Of a stretch of DNA of 64,000 bases, positions 1 to 11,449 are shown piece after piece. The position numbers were made by a program, and so were the translations under genes. Position 1 is the stretch's first letter. Every line of letters starts with the position of its first letter. This stretch comes from Fimicolochytrium jonesii. Taxonomy: Eukaryota. The DNA lies in contig NW_026515687.1 of assembly GCF_025526975.1 (NCBI RefSeq), forward strand, positions 186,001 through 250,000. Reading direction: 5' to 3'. Below the pieces are notes generated by a model. The model was not told the origin of the DNA and searched no databases. It saw only the letters and a list, made by a program, of their open reading frames with translations.

Positions 1-2073
1 TGCGTATTTGATTGAGCATTTCAATCGGGGGAAGGATCCGAGGGGAGAGGATGAGGTTCGTAGTTGAACTTGATGGGGCATTTGTGGGTCGACATTGTGG
101 GACTTATATATTTCTTGAATCTTGCGTAGGGGCAAAGGGTAGTGACATTTTTCCCGAACGGAGACACTCTCCATCTCGGGCAGAACGTCACCGTCACCCG
201 GAAAATGTTTCCTACTTTGCAAAGGGTAAGGCCAAAAACATGTTATTGTCCACTCACTCCTCCCCACGCCAACGCATCTCACCCTCAAACCCCCCCTCCG
301 CAGCTGATCGACCACCTAAACCACAAAATCCGCCTCATAACCGGCTCCATCCACAAACTCTACACCCTCTCCGGCGAACGCATCACCACCATCGACGCCC
401 TCGAGCACCAGCACGGCTACGTCGTCGTCGCGAAAGACGACCCCTTCATTCGCGCACAGTATAACCTGAACGCGATTGTGCCGTTGGAGCATCCGGAAAG
501 AAGTGTGGCTGGGAGTGCGGCGGTGAAGAAGATTAGGAGACGGAAGGGTGAGGAGGGAAGTGCGGGGGGCAGTCGGGTTGGGAGTGAGAAGGGTGAACGA
601 AAGGTGAAGAGGAGGAAGAAGAAGGTGAAGGCGAAGGAAGGCCATATTGAGGAGGAGGAGCATCAACATGAGCCGGTGCATGAAGAGGGACATGCAAAGT
701 CGCCACAACAACATAGGGAGGAGGATCACCCACCGGCTGAACGTAAGATCGTGTACACAAAACCGACCATCAAACCAGCCGTCGCAGCCGCCCCCGTGGT
801 TCCCGCACCGGCGCATGCAGGCACTACCTTCCTCACTGAACCCGCACACCCACCGCAACCACAGTACTCCACCCGCGACCTCCCCATCGTCGCCCCGCCT
901 CCTGCGCCGCAGCATGAACTGAAACCCACCGCCGAGCACCGCGACATCAAAGAACATGCGCACCACGCGGATACGGATGGAGATGGGGATGAACCACCCC
1001 CACAGGGCTTCTTCCGGCACCTTGGCCAGAAAGTCGACCAGATGCTTGACGGCGACGACTCCCCATCTCCCGTCCATGGGGAGAAGAAAGCTCAGAATCC
1101 CCAGGATCGCAAACATCGTAAGAAGCGACCCGATACCGATCAGGAATACGACAGTGGTGACGAACCCCCTTCCTCGGACCATGCGGAAAAAACAAAAACA
1201 ACAACCAAGAGCACCCAAAAACTAAACACGACGCTCGCTAAATCCCGCGACGAGATCCGCGCGGACGCAACAGAGAGCGTACGTAAATCCCGGGCGGCGT
1301 TGCGATCCGGCGGGAGTGGGGGTGATCACGAGTCTTCCACAACAACTCACACCACCACCGCCAAACTCGCCACTACCCGCAAACCCACGAAAACTGAGAG
1401 CAAGAGGCATCATAGGGCATCTTCGGTCCCCTCCTCCGATGGAGAGGATAACAGGGATAGCAGGAAGGATGAGGTAGAAACCGACCCCGAACCAGATGAC
1501 GCAAACGAAGTCTACGGCGACTCGCAGCTGCGGGAGCTTAAATCGACTACGGGGGGGAAGACTGTAAGGAGGGTGAGGAGGGTCAGGCGGAAGGGCGGGG
1601 ATGATGAAGGCGAGGAGGAGGAGGAGGAGGGCGAAGAGGTGGAGGTGGGGCAGAGTGAGGGTGGTGGGAAGACCGGGAAAGTGACGACGACCCGAAAAAT
1701 CCGTGACGGTCGTCGACGCACTACCCGAAAACAGGGCGGTGGCGGTGCTTCCGACGACGACGACAACGATGAAGAGGACGCTAGCGACACCGACCCCCGC
1801 ACTCACGCCAAATACACAACAACGACAACAACGCGCACGGAGACGAGTACACCTAACAGTAAACTCCCCGGCGCGGCAAAGGGCAAAAACGGGTTCCGGT
1901 TATTCGGGGGGAAGAAGAACAATAACGAAGGGAGCGGGGTTGAGAGTGGTGATGAAGGGAGGAGTGTTGGGGGGAGTGAGTATGATGGGGAGGAGGGGCG
2001 GGGGAGTGAGGTGAAGGAGAAGACGGCGGCGGCGGGATTGCCGGGGTTGCCGAGGAAGAAGAATGTTCTGTAG
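1..2073 (+). CDS. Doublecortin (DCX) domain protein with long charged disordered C-terminus; 5' end lies upstream of the window
   Basis: Spliced reading GQRVVTFFPNGD...FPTLQR|LIDHLN...IHKLYTLSGERITTIDALEHQHGYVVVAKDDPF matches the DCX pattern. Introns about 56-129 and 226-303 (GTAAG...CAG). Confidence 0.8.
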
Positions 2074-2333
2074 AGGTGGGATATTCTGAAGGGAGTAGTT
2101 CCCCGTGAAGAAGGGGAAGTAGATACATGGACAGCAAACGAATATTTTATTCTTTTTTATACGAAAAGATCTTTGAGGGGTGGTATACATCTGACACTAC
2201 ATGTTACAAGTCAGATACTAAGAGAAAGGACGGGGTTGTTTTGTCATAAAATCGAGAGTTCCTTTCCTCACTTCTTGCGTCTCTTCTGGAGGCGGGCGGA
2301 GCTCACATAACGGTTCGCAAAACAAAAAAAAAA

Positions 2334-4813
2334 TTACTTGATCATCTTGATGAAGATGACGCCCATAGCCATCACGATCCCCGCCGATATGGCTACATTT
2401 ACGGGCATCGGCGCTTCGCGCATGAATTTCAGTGCAGGGTGTTCGTTCTCATGCGCAGCGGCCACACCGCCGAGTTCGTTCAACGACATAGCTCGCTCAT
2501 CATACGTTCCCGATTGCGGGTGTGACGACGTGACCCGACGCCTCAGCATCGCAGGCGAGGAATGAGCTGAGACGGAGCTGACTGAATCGTCAATATGGTC
2601 TGTCGACCTGCCCAACAGCGCGACGGTGTTGTCGGTCGGGATGTCGCCGATGAAGAGTAGGAGGCGCTTCCAGCCTGCGCTGACGGCCATCTGCACGCCC
2701 TCTTCGAGGTCTTTGTCGGTCGTGATGGAGATGACGTCCCCTTCGTCGTCGATGTAGGTAATCTTTAGGTCGGTGGTCTCGTCTGCGCCGCTCTTCTGGC
2801 GTACCCTCTCCACGAGCTCTTCGTAGGAATCCCGTCGGGAGGCGAAGCGGTATACTTTTCCCGTAGCTCCATCACGGAGCTTGAACGCAAAGTTGACATC
2901 GTCCACCGCTTTCGAGAAGACGGTCGAGCCCCCGCCGTGGGACATTTCGTCGAAGCCGCGCCCGGGCATGCTGTCGTACATTGACCCGGGGCGGGGCATC
3001 GCGTATGAGGATGTGCGCTCCGAGGGTGGTGGAGGCGGTGGGTAGGAGACGGCGGATCCGGTTATCGAGTCGGAGGCTTGCGAATGGCGGTCGGATTCGC
3101 TTTCCATTGTGCCGGAGAATGTGGAGTTCCAGAATTTGTTCCACATGGGGCCGGACTCGCCGGGGGCTGCGTTGGGGTCGGGTGCTGTTCCGTCTTTGCT
3201 TATCTATGAGTTCACGAAGTTTAGATGTGCTTCTTGACAAACAAACGGGGTTTGACATGGAAGTGGCATCACTTACGAGGTATGTCAACATGGAAATTGT
3301 GAGTGTCATCACGTCCACCAGACCGACCGGGGTCCCGGCGTCCACGACCGGCAGGTGCAGGTAATGACCAGCTGAATCAAGACCAAAATGGTAAGTCCTA
3401 TGCAGCTACATTCTGACGGACTTCATGAACATCTGGCTCACATACCATGAAGCTTCTTGAGTGCGTCCAAAATCGAAGTTTCTGTGGCCACCGAGTCCGG
3501 GTGGGGTGTCTGTTTTGCAAAGGGGGCCAAATCAGTATGACTCGTCGCAAACGGCAATCTAAGTTGAAAATCACCCACCATCACTCTGACGACAGAAGTC
3601 GTATTGGGATCCAGACTGGCAGCCAAAACCCGCAAAACAATATCCTTGGTCGTACATATTCCACCAATTCGCTCATCCATCTCCCCAGCGCTGACCAAAA
3701 CAGCCGTTTGATGGTTTTCCTTCATAGCCTTTGCAGCGTCACGAACGGTCGCTTTGATGGAGATCTCGGGGACCATGTGGTCCATATGCTCAATTTCCAT
3801 GGTCGAGAGCACCGTCCCCACGTCCGGGCAGCCGTGTTGACTGCGAACCCGGCCGACGTGCTCGGAAGCTACCGAGCCACGTCGTTCGAGGGCCTCCATG
3901 GCGCTGATAATGTTCTCGTCCTCGTTGACTTTGCGTTCCAGATCGTCCAGACGTTCAAACACACACTTTGTAATGTCCAGAAGTCCGACTACGCTGGTGG
4001 ACGCACCAAACTCAGAGGTCGTCTCCTCCTGATCATCATCGTCGCCCCCATTGCCGCCACCGGGGCCGTCGCTGATGACGGGCAAGTGCCTGAACCGACG
4101 AGACACCATGATATTCAACGCCTCGTTCCTGTTGCCCTTGTCGTACACAGAGATCGGGTTTGGGGTCATGACCGCGGACACGAGAGTTGTGCGGACATCC
4201 AAACCAGGCGCCACGACGCGGTAAGCAATGTCTTTGTCAGTAAGAATACCACTCAGGGACCCTTCGGTGTTGACGACAAGAACAGCGTCGGTCCTCTTGG
4301 CGGCCATAAGCTGGGCCGCTTGGACGATACGTGAAGTTTCGAGGATGATGATGGCGGGGGCTGGTCGAAGAGATGAGACAGTGCCGGTCTTTGGCCGACG
4401 AGGGGTGGTGTTTCCGGGCTGTCCACCACGTCGGGTCGTCTTCTTCCTGTTTAGTTCCTGCTCGACCTGCGACAATGACGTGGAAACGGGAGGTCAGTTT
4501 CGTGGGAATGGAGTACCAACCTGGTTTTCCCCCGGTCGCTTAAAACCGCTCGCCTGAAGACCACAACCAAACTTTTATCGACCCTGCGCCTGGCTTCGAT
4601 CTCCGCAGTCCCCTCACCGCTCGGGCTCAGAATCTCCATTTTCCCACGCACGGTCTTTCCGAGGTCCCACCAGATCTAACTCGATGTATTACCCACCTTC
4701 TTCCTTATCGCGTCGTCCCTTTTCTTATTCCTCGTACGAAGGACGTCAGGAGCGGTTGAAGCCCTTGCGGGTGCGGAAGTTGAGTTCCGCGGGGAGTCTC
4801 CTGCAGCCATCAT
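2334..4813 (-). CDS. CBS-domain pairs + PB1 domain + C-terminal TM helix protein (Mug70/CBSCBSPB-like), multi-exon
   Basis: Exon 1 MMAAGD...KKRDDAIRKK splices to VEQELNRKK. CBS motifs GILTDKDIAYRVVA, FRHLPV and GICTTKDIVLRVLA. PB1 motif LKITYIDDEGDVISITTDKDL. Hydrophobic tail. Confidence 0.85.
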
Positions 4814-5433
4814 CGTTTCCGTGCTTTATGCTCACGGGTAATGTAGCGGGAGGGGTATCTTTTGCCGTGCTTTGACGGCGAGAACAAGTGGCGAGTACCG
4901 ACAGTCCGATCTTCGAAAGTCGACAGCAAGAGGATTACGACCGGGAACACTGCGCAGGGTTCTGCAGCCCAGAGGGATGAGACTTTCTACGTAGCTTTAG
5001 GCCGGTGGTTGTTCAACACTGGAGCTTTTCAAGACCTTCAAGTTGGCGCGCGTTCTCTCGGGTGCGTTTCTTGGACTGCATATGGTTGAAGGACACCGCG
5101 TGGCCCCCAAGCGGCGGCGTCATACCGTACTCCAACGCAAGAGTCACGTGGGGCGGCGTCCTCTTTTTATTTCTGCGCGTTGACTTTCTTCATGACTCGG
5201 CAAAGTTCAAATTCAACCTGCTCTGGAATCTGCATTTTGCCAACTGAGCGAAAAAGGAACCCTCCACACAACAAAACTCGCCTCAACCAACACCTTGCCA
5301 CAGCGACAGCGACACAGGCCAACGCAGTCCACACTGGCGTAAAGCTCATATCGCGGGCCGTACCCTTTGTCTAGGACGGGGTCCCTGTATTCTCACTCGA
5401 CTTGGCTTCCACGCTGATCGCCTGTCCCCAAAT

Positions 5434-6954
5434 ATGGTCAAACAACGCACCCTCAGCCCCAAGTCCCTATTCGACGAAGACTCCGTCCTTGAAGCCTTCG
5501 CCGCCCACAACATAAAGCCCCTAGCGGCCAAGAAGCTATGGCGGTACCTCATCCAACAACCCGACAGAATTGGCTCCTACCACGACATCCCCGAGTTCCC
5601 CAAAGCCGCCGCCAAACTCCTCGACGAAGAATTCGTGCTAACTACTAGCAAAGTGGTTTCCCGCACCGATGCAAAGGACGGGAGCACCACAAAGCTGCTG
5701 ATCGAACTACAGGATGGACAAAGGATCGAGAGCGTCATCATGCGGTACGGCGAGGTGGAGCTCGACTCCTTCCCCGCCGAGGAGGCTAAGCGCAAACGGC
5801 TTAAAACAAAAGACGGGGGGAGCGCAATATCGGGGGAGGGAGACGTAATCGAATCCCTCGAATTTAGCTCCAACAAACGCGCAACCCTCTGCGTCTCTTC
5901 TCAAGTCGGCTGCGCGATGGGCTGCACATTCTGCGCAACCGGCACAATGGGCCTGCTCTCCAACCTCACGGCCGGCGAGATCGTCGAACAGCTCTACCAC
6001 GCCAACAAAGTCGAAAAGATCCGCAATATCGTCTTTATGGGAATGGGCGAGCCGCTTGATAACTACAACGCCGTCCTCAGCTCCATCAAAGCCATGGTAG
6101 ACACCGCCCGCTTCGGTCTCTCGCCGTCACGGATATCAGTCTCAACCGTTGGCGTCGTCCCCCGCATTCGCTCACTAATGACAGACGCACCCAACGTCGG
6201 CCTCGCACTCTCCCTCCACGCCCCGACCCAACACCTCCGCCAACAAATCGTCCCGACCTCCAAGGCATGGCACGTCGACCGCATCCTCGCCGCCTGCGAC
6301 GCCTTCATAGCAAACCAAAACAAATCCGCAAAATCATCTAACCGCCGCCGCCATATCCTCGTCGAATACGTGCTGATCGCTGACGTGAACGATTCACAAT
6401 CCACCGCCCATGAACTCGGTCAACTACTGAAAGACCGCGAAGTGTTGTTGAATATCATCCCGTATAACGTCACTTCCGTACCCCACGACTACAAGACACC
6501 CGATAGGGAGACGTCGAGGAGGTTTGCGGAGACGGTGAGGGGGTACGGCGTGCACACGCTGTTGAGGCAGACGATGGGCGCGGATTCGGCGAGCGCGTGT
6601 GGGCAGCTGGTTATCGATAATGGCGGGCAGAAGGGGGCGAAGAAGGGGGCGGAGGCGGATGCTGCTTCCGTGTTGGATCTGGAAGATCTGATGTCGAATA
6701 ATGGGTCCACGTGTGCGAGCGGGAAGGCGACACCACCGCCAAGGACGCGCGCTGGGAGGAGTACGAATAGACGGGACGCGGCGAGATCTACGTTAGTAGA
6801 GAACAGCTCAGATCCGACAGATGTGGAGCCATCACAAGCATGGAGTGGGATACGGCGGAATATGCATGTAGATAGGTTGGTGCCTATCGTAGCTGCGGGG
6901 TTGGTGGCGGTTGTGGTGGGGAGGATAGCGGTTAAGGCGTTTAGGGGTACATAG
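5434..6954 (+). CDS. rlmN: RlmN/Cfr-family radical SAM RNA methyltransferase, intronless, with C-terminal hydrophobic tail
   Basis: LCVSSQVGCAMGCTFCATG (CxxxCxxC plus upstream Cys), FMGMGEPLDN, SLHAP, EYVLI and SACGQL motifs. Confidence 0.92.
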   Translation: MVKQRTLSPKSLFDEDSVLEAFAAHNIKPLAAKKLWRYLIQQPDRIGSYHDIPEFPKAAAKLLDEEFVLTTSKVVSRTDAKDGSTTKLLIELQDGQRIESVIMRYGEVELDSFPAEEAKRKRLKTKDGGSAISGEGDVIESLEFSSNKRATLCVSSQVGCAMGCTFCATGTMGLLSNLTAGEIVEQLYHANKVEKIRNIVFMGMGEPLDNYNAVLSSIKAMVDTARFGLSPSRISVSTVGVVPRIRSLMTDAPNVGLALSLHAPTQHLRQQIVPTSKAWHVDRILAACDAFIANQNKSAKSSNRRRHILVEYVLIADVNDSQSTAHELGQLLKDREVLLNIIPYNVTSVPHDYKTPDRETSRRFAETVRGYGVHTLLRQTMGADSASACGQLVIDNGGQKGAKKGAEADAASVLDLEDLMSNNGSTCASGKATPPPRTRAGRSTNRRDAARSTLVENSSDPTDVEPSQAWSGIRRNMHVDRLVPIVAAGLVAVVVGRIAVKAFRGT

Positions 6955-7142
6955 TCATTTTTTTGTTTGGTCATATCATTTTTGTTAAAATGTAAGCATG
7001 CCCTGGCCCTAGTCGGGTGCCAGTAGACTCGTATTAGACAACTGAAGCTATCACGGTGCTTTCCTTTTGTACATCCCTAAGAATATCGCCAATCACTATC
7101 AACACGTCCCCCTCACGCCCCATCCATCATCCCACCCCAAAC

Positions 7143-8376
7143 TCAAAGCTCGTGCTTCTTAGCAATCATCCCATCCGGCGGGGTCACCTCAACTTTCTTC
7201 TTCCCAATCTCCTCCCAATTCGTGCTCAACACCGTCCCGTTACTCTCGACATAGGACTTCATCATGGCGCGACGCGTGTCGTCGGAGGCGTCCTTGTAGA
7301 TTTGCTGGAATAAGGCGTTGAGGGCTTGCTCGCCTTCGGGTTTGTCGGTTTCGACGGAGGCGGCGAGGGCGTCCCAGTTGTGTTTCTGAGAGATAGCGGG
7401 GTGTGTGAGTATATAAATACTATTGAATGGAGGGTTTTGCATTGTAGAGGTATGGGATGCGAACCTTTTTGGATGATGTAGGGTACTCAACTTTCTCCAC
7501 CCCAGCAGCCCCCGCAATCATCCCCACCGGCCCTGTCTCCTCCCCCTCCAGCTCACCCCACCTAACCCCCACAACCTTCTTCCGCAACGTAATCTCCACC
7601 TTGGTCTTCATAACCACGAACTTGCTGTCCGCCGGCACAATCTCATGGGCCAGCGGGTCGAGTTCCAATGAATACTCGGTGGCCGCGTGCGGGAGCTTGA
7701 CGGTCACGGAGAGGGCGCGCTCGGAGAAGTTGATGAGGACGTTGGAGGGGTCGGCGTTTTTGACGAAGATGGTGACGGTTACGAGGGAGTCGTTTTGGAA
7801 CCATTCGTGCCGAATTTTGGAGGCGGACGCTGGGGTCGGGATGGTTGTTGGGATAGTGGTGGGGGGTGCTGTGGCCGGTTGAGGGGGCTGCTTGTGTGGT
7901 TCAGCGGTTACTTTCGGTTCAGGGGCTGGGGACGAGGGATGTTTTCGTCAGATCAAGATCATCGGCGGGTCACCAAACACAATGCAAAACCTCCAAGACA
8001 TACCTTTAGCACCAGCAGCAACACACTTCTCAATCCATCTCTGCACCCCGACCCCCTCCCCATACTCCCTCGCCTTCCCAAACGCCTCCACGGCATCCTG
8101 TGCCCTTCCCAATTCCAACAACGCCATCCCCTTCCTCGTCAACGCCTTCCCACGCGCCTTATCATCATCCGCAAACCTCAACGCGGCATCGGCGTCCTTC
8201 ACGGCGGCGTCGAAATGGGCGAGCTGGTGGTTGCAGGCGGCGCGTTTGAGGTGTGCGTCGGCGGTGGGGGAGAGGGAGATGAGTTGGGTGTAGAGGGGGA
8301 GGGCTTCGGAGTAGGACTCGGAGAGGAAGAGGGATGTTGCCGTTGTAAGGAGGGTTGTTGGGTCGGATTGGGTCAT
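7143..8376 (-). CDS. SGT1: SGT1 co-chaperone (TPR-CS-SGS), multi-exon
   Basis: N-terminal TPRs. CS domain (RHEWFQ..., KTKVEITLRK). SGS motif ALNALFQQIYKDASDDTRRAMMKSYVESNGTVLSTNW. Confidence 0.95.
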
Positions 8377-8683
8377 TGCTGAGGGCGTTGATGAAGCTTG
8401 TGGCTATGTGTATATGTACGTAGTGAGTTGAAGTGGTAGAATGAGACCGATGCTCGAGAGGTTCAAAAGGGGCTGTCAGTCGATCGGGGGAAGTCGTTTT
8501 GGGCTGTTTTGGAGGTTTTGGGAGCGTGAGCTTTCTTTTGGAGAGAGATCAGAGAGAGATGTCCCTAATCGGCTGTTTTCTACGCGCTTCTATAGGACAT
8601 TTGGCAGAGACATTCCCATGGGCACACGGGCACAGCCTTACTGATCCTCTTACCTTCAGCTTATAGCACTCAGTTAAGGAGCC

Positions 8684-9847
8684 ATGGAGGCTCCCACGGT
8701 TACCCCGATCGCCGCTCAGCCTGCCCCAACAGCAACATCCAGCGGCCCACCGTCAGAACAAAGAAAGTGGACCGAGGACGAAAAGAAGCGACTTGTACAT
8801 CTCCTCCAAAAGCATCCCTCAGACGCCATCAACTCTCACACACTGGCAGAAGCTTTGGGTGGAACCAAGAGTGTATTGGAAGTCGCTGTGTTTGTTGACG
8901 CGTTGAGAGAGAAAGGTAGGAGCGGAAGTTAACTTCTTTCGCCTTGACTTTCAAAGCATGACCCCTCATACCCAGGATTTTTTTTGCGGGAATAGCACCA
9001 CATCTCATCAGAAAGAGACCAGCAGAGGATGAACCCGAAAACCCAGTTCCACATTGTATGGAATGCATCGACCCTTTCGGCGAACCGTTGCCGAAAATCA
9101 TAAGGAAGAGGCGAGGGTCAAAGTGGGTACGGATGGACCCCCCACATTTGGTCTCGCGGGACCACCTTTTCAAGGGCTCGAAAATCAAACAGGCATGGGC
9201 AAAGTGAGTTTTGAGCGAAACCCCAGCTGTCTCTCCAATCCAAGGAGCAGAATCACTCATGAACCAATGTCCCCCACAGAGCCTGCATCCGCAACGGCGC
9301 CCCGCTAGCAGTCCCCTCAAAAGGCGGCTCGCTAACAAAAGACCAGATGATTGACCGGAACGCTGGACCGCCTTTGACACCGGAGATGGTCCCACCGCTG
9401 GTCTCCCGTTTCAAAACGTGGCTGACCACCATCATCGATGCGTCCGCTTTGCTTGCATATGAGCGGCACAAGTATGGGATCGTTTATCATCACCGTGTAT
9501 CCGCTGCGAAGGCTGCGAATGGGTTTTGTCCTGTAAGGATCTGTTTCCCTTTTTGTTATTTCTGTTCCGCTCTGTGTGATATCTCATTCAACTTGTTTCA
9601 AAAGGTACGGGCAAGAGACATCCACGCCGCCATCCGCCACCTGTACCCCGAATATCTGCCGGCGCTCACTTCTGGCGCGGATGGCGGCGACGACGCGATC
9701 GCGGAAGATGAGACTTTTGACACAGATGAGATGGATGGCGAGGAGGATGATGGGGCCACGAAAGCAGCAGAAGACGGTGAACCGGAGGAGCAGGATGATG
9801 CTGAAGATGATGAGGAGGAGGGAATGGATGTCGATGAGGATGGGTAG
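8684..9847 (+). CDS. SANT/Myb domain + histone-fold-like region + acidic tail; Rrn5-like Pol I upstream activation factor subunit candidate
   Basis: KWTEDEKKRLVHLLQKH...TKSVLEVAVFVDALR (SANT), then helical FKTWLTTIIDAS...VRARDIHAAIRHL. Several GT-AG introns. Confidence 0.55.
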
Positions 9848-10169
9848 AGATGGTCGGCGCAGGGGACCTTGTGACACATAGTTCGTCTTCCCGGTCTTCT
9901 CCGTGTTTTCGCGGCGAGCGGCCCATCCATAAGCGGCGAGAGTGTTGGAAAATGCATGCGACACGTTCTGGACGGGCCTACATGTATCTTCAAAGCGGCC
10001 TGCAGTCCAAAAACGCTTTGGGGAATGTGGTCCCTAGATTGCAACAATTTCGACGTGGCAACGGAGATGCGACCGTCATCAGCTGAACTCTGAGGTTCAT
10101 ATGCGTTGCCGTTCACCAACACGCACTTCCGCCGTTTACCCCTCTCTCTATTTATATCTTCACAGCGCA

Positions 10170-11156
10170 ATGGGCTCGGTCGCACCCACCGATAACGGTC
10201 CCCCACCAGAATTGCTCCCTCGCATTCTATGTCGCGTCGCATTCACAAATCCCCGTGACTTCCTCAACTGCCTACTAGTATGCAGGGCATGGAGCTCCGC
10301 TCTCTCGGCGAGGGAGCGCTGTCTGGTTAAGCACAGGTTTTCCGAAATCGATGATCTTGAACGGGCCGGGCAGATCTTCCGCGATGATGCTCGCGAGGCG
10401 AGCTTGGACACCAGTGCGTACGCCATATGGGACCAGCTGGACGTTGCCTTCTTGACGGCCGGCCATGGATTCCTTTCGCCTATGCAGCTCGACCTTCGTG
10501 ATGGTGTCGAGCCTCCCAAGTACTATGCAAACGCGCCACAAGAGGAGGCTCGGTGGTCTGCCCTGAGTGCCGACATCGACTTGCTCGCTGGCCCCCTCCA
10601 TGTTGTCAGCTTGGCTTCAAAAAACGAATTCGCTAAACCTGATGGGAGCAAAGGCTTCGTGCGCCGCCAGTATACCGGAGCTATGTCATGCCCGCTACTG
10701 ATGCCCCCCGTTCCTGAGCTGGATGCTCTGGATGTGCTTTCCGATTCGACTGCTTCCATTATGCTAGCATTACGGCTGCGGGTGTCACCACACCTTCGCG
10801 ACTACTACAGGATCAAAAGAATATCGCTAGCCGATGAGGAGGCAACCACAGCATACCTCATTCATCTGTTTCAATGGCTTTACGATGCCGACATGGACGA
10901 GTTTTGTTTTGAAAATGACGAGCACAGGCTGTTGCTTTCGGGGCTTTATCAAGCTTTGAAGGACAATAACATCGTGGAATTGATTGATGTGGACCTACCT
11001 GAAGGAACTCACGAGCATGCTGACGCACATGGGGGATGGGATGGAAACCTCTGCTTCTTCGTGCTGTGCCGAAGAGAAGAGCCCGGGCGCAACGTGGTGG
11101 GATGGATGATGTTCAATAGTTATCTTCCCCTTCCGTACGATCTGAGACATTATTGA
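10170..11156 (+). CDS. F-box-like protein with unknown C-terminal domain, intronless
   Basis: PPELLPRILCRV...DFLNCLLVCRAW near the N-terminus. Likely start ATG at 10170. Confidence 0.6.
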   Translation: MGSVAPTDNGPPPELLPRILCRVAFTNPRDFLNCLLVCRAWSSALSARERCLVKHRFSEIDDLERAGQIFRDDAREASLDTSAYAIWDQLDVAFLTAGHGFLSPMQLDLRDGVEPPKYYANAPQEEARWSALSADIDLLAGPLHVVSLASKNEFAKPDGSKGFVRRQYTGAMSCPLLMPPVPELDALDVLSDSTASIMLALRLRVSPHLRDYYRIKRISLADEEATTAYLIHLFQWLYDADMDEFCFENDEHRLLLSGLYQALKDNNIVELIDVDLPEGTHEHADAHGGWDGNLCFFVLCRREEPGRNVVGWMMFNSYLPLPYDLRHY

Positions 11157-11449
11157 TGCTAGCTGGAGTCCAATGTTACGACATGCAAACGCAGTTCCAT
11201 GTGAGCATGTGGGGCATGCGTAACATGTCTCTAGATGATATAATCGCTGATCAAATAAATCCTGCAACGTCCGAAACAGATGCAAAGGACTTCAATGGTA
11301 TTGAGAGGAAATCGTTCATCGCAAGATATAAAGCAGACAAGTGACGGAAAAATTTTCGGACATCCGCAGAGGGTGAGCACGAGCAAGCAATAGTGGAGAG
11401 GAAAGGAGAACAGTCGAAGTCGCCGTGTCCGACTTCCGCGACGGTCTCA

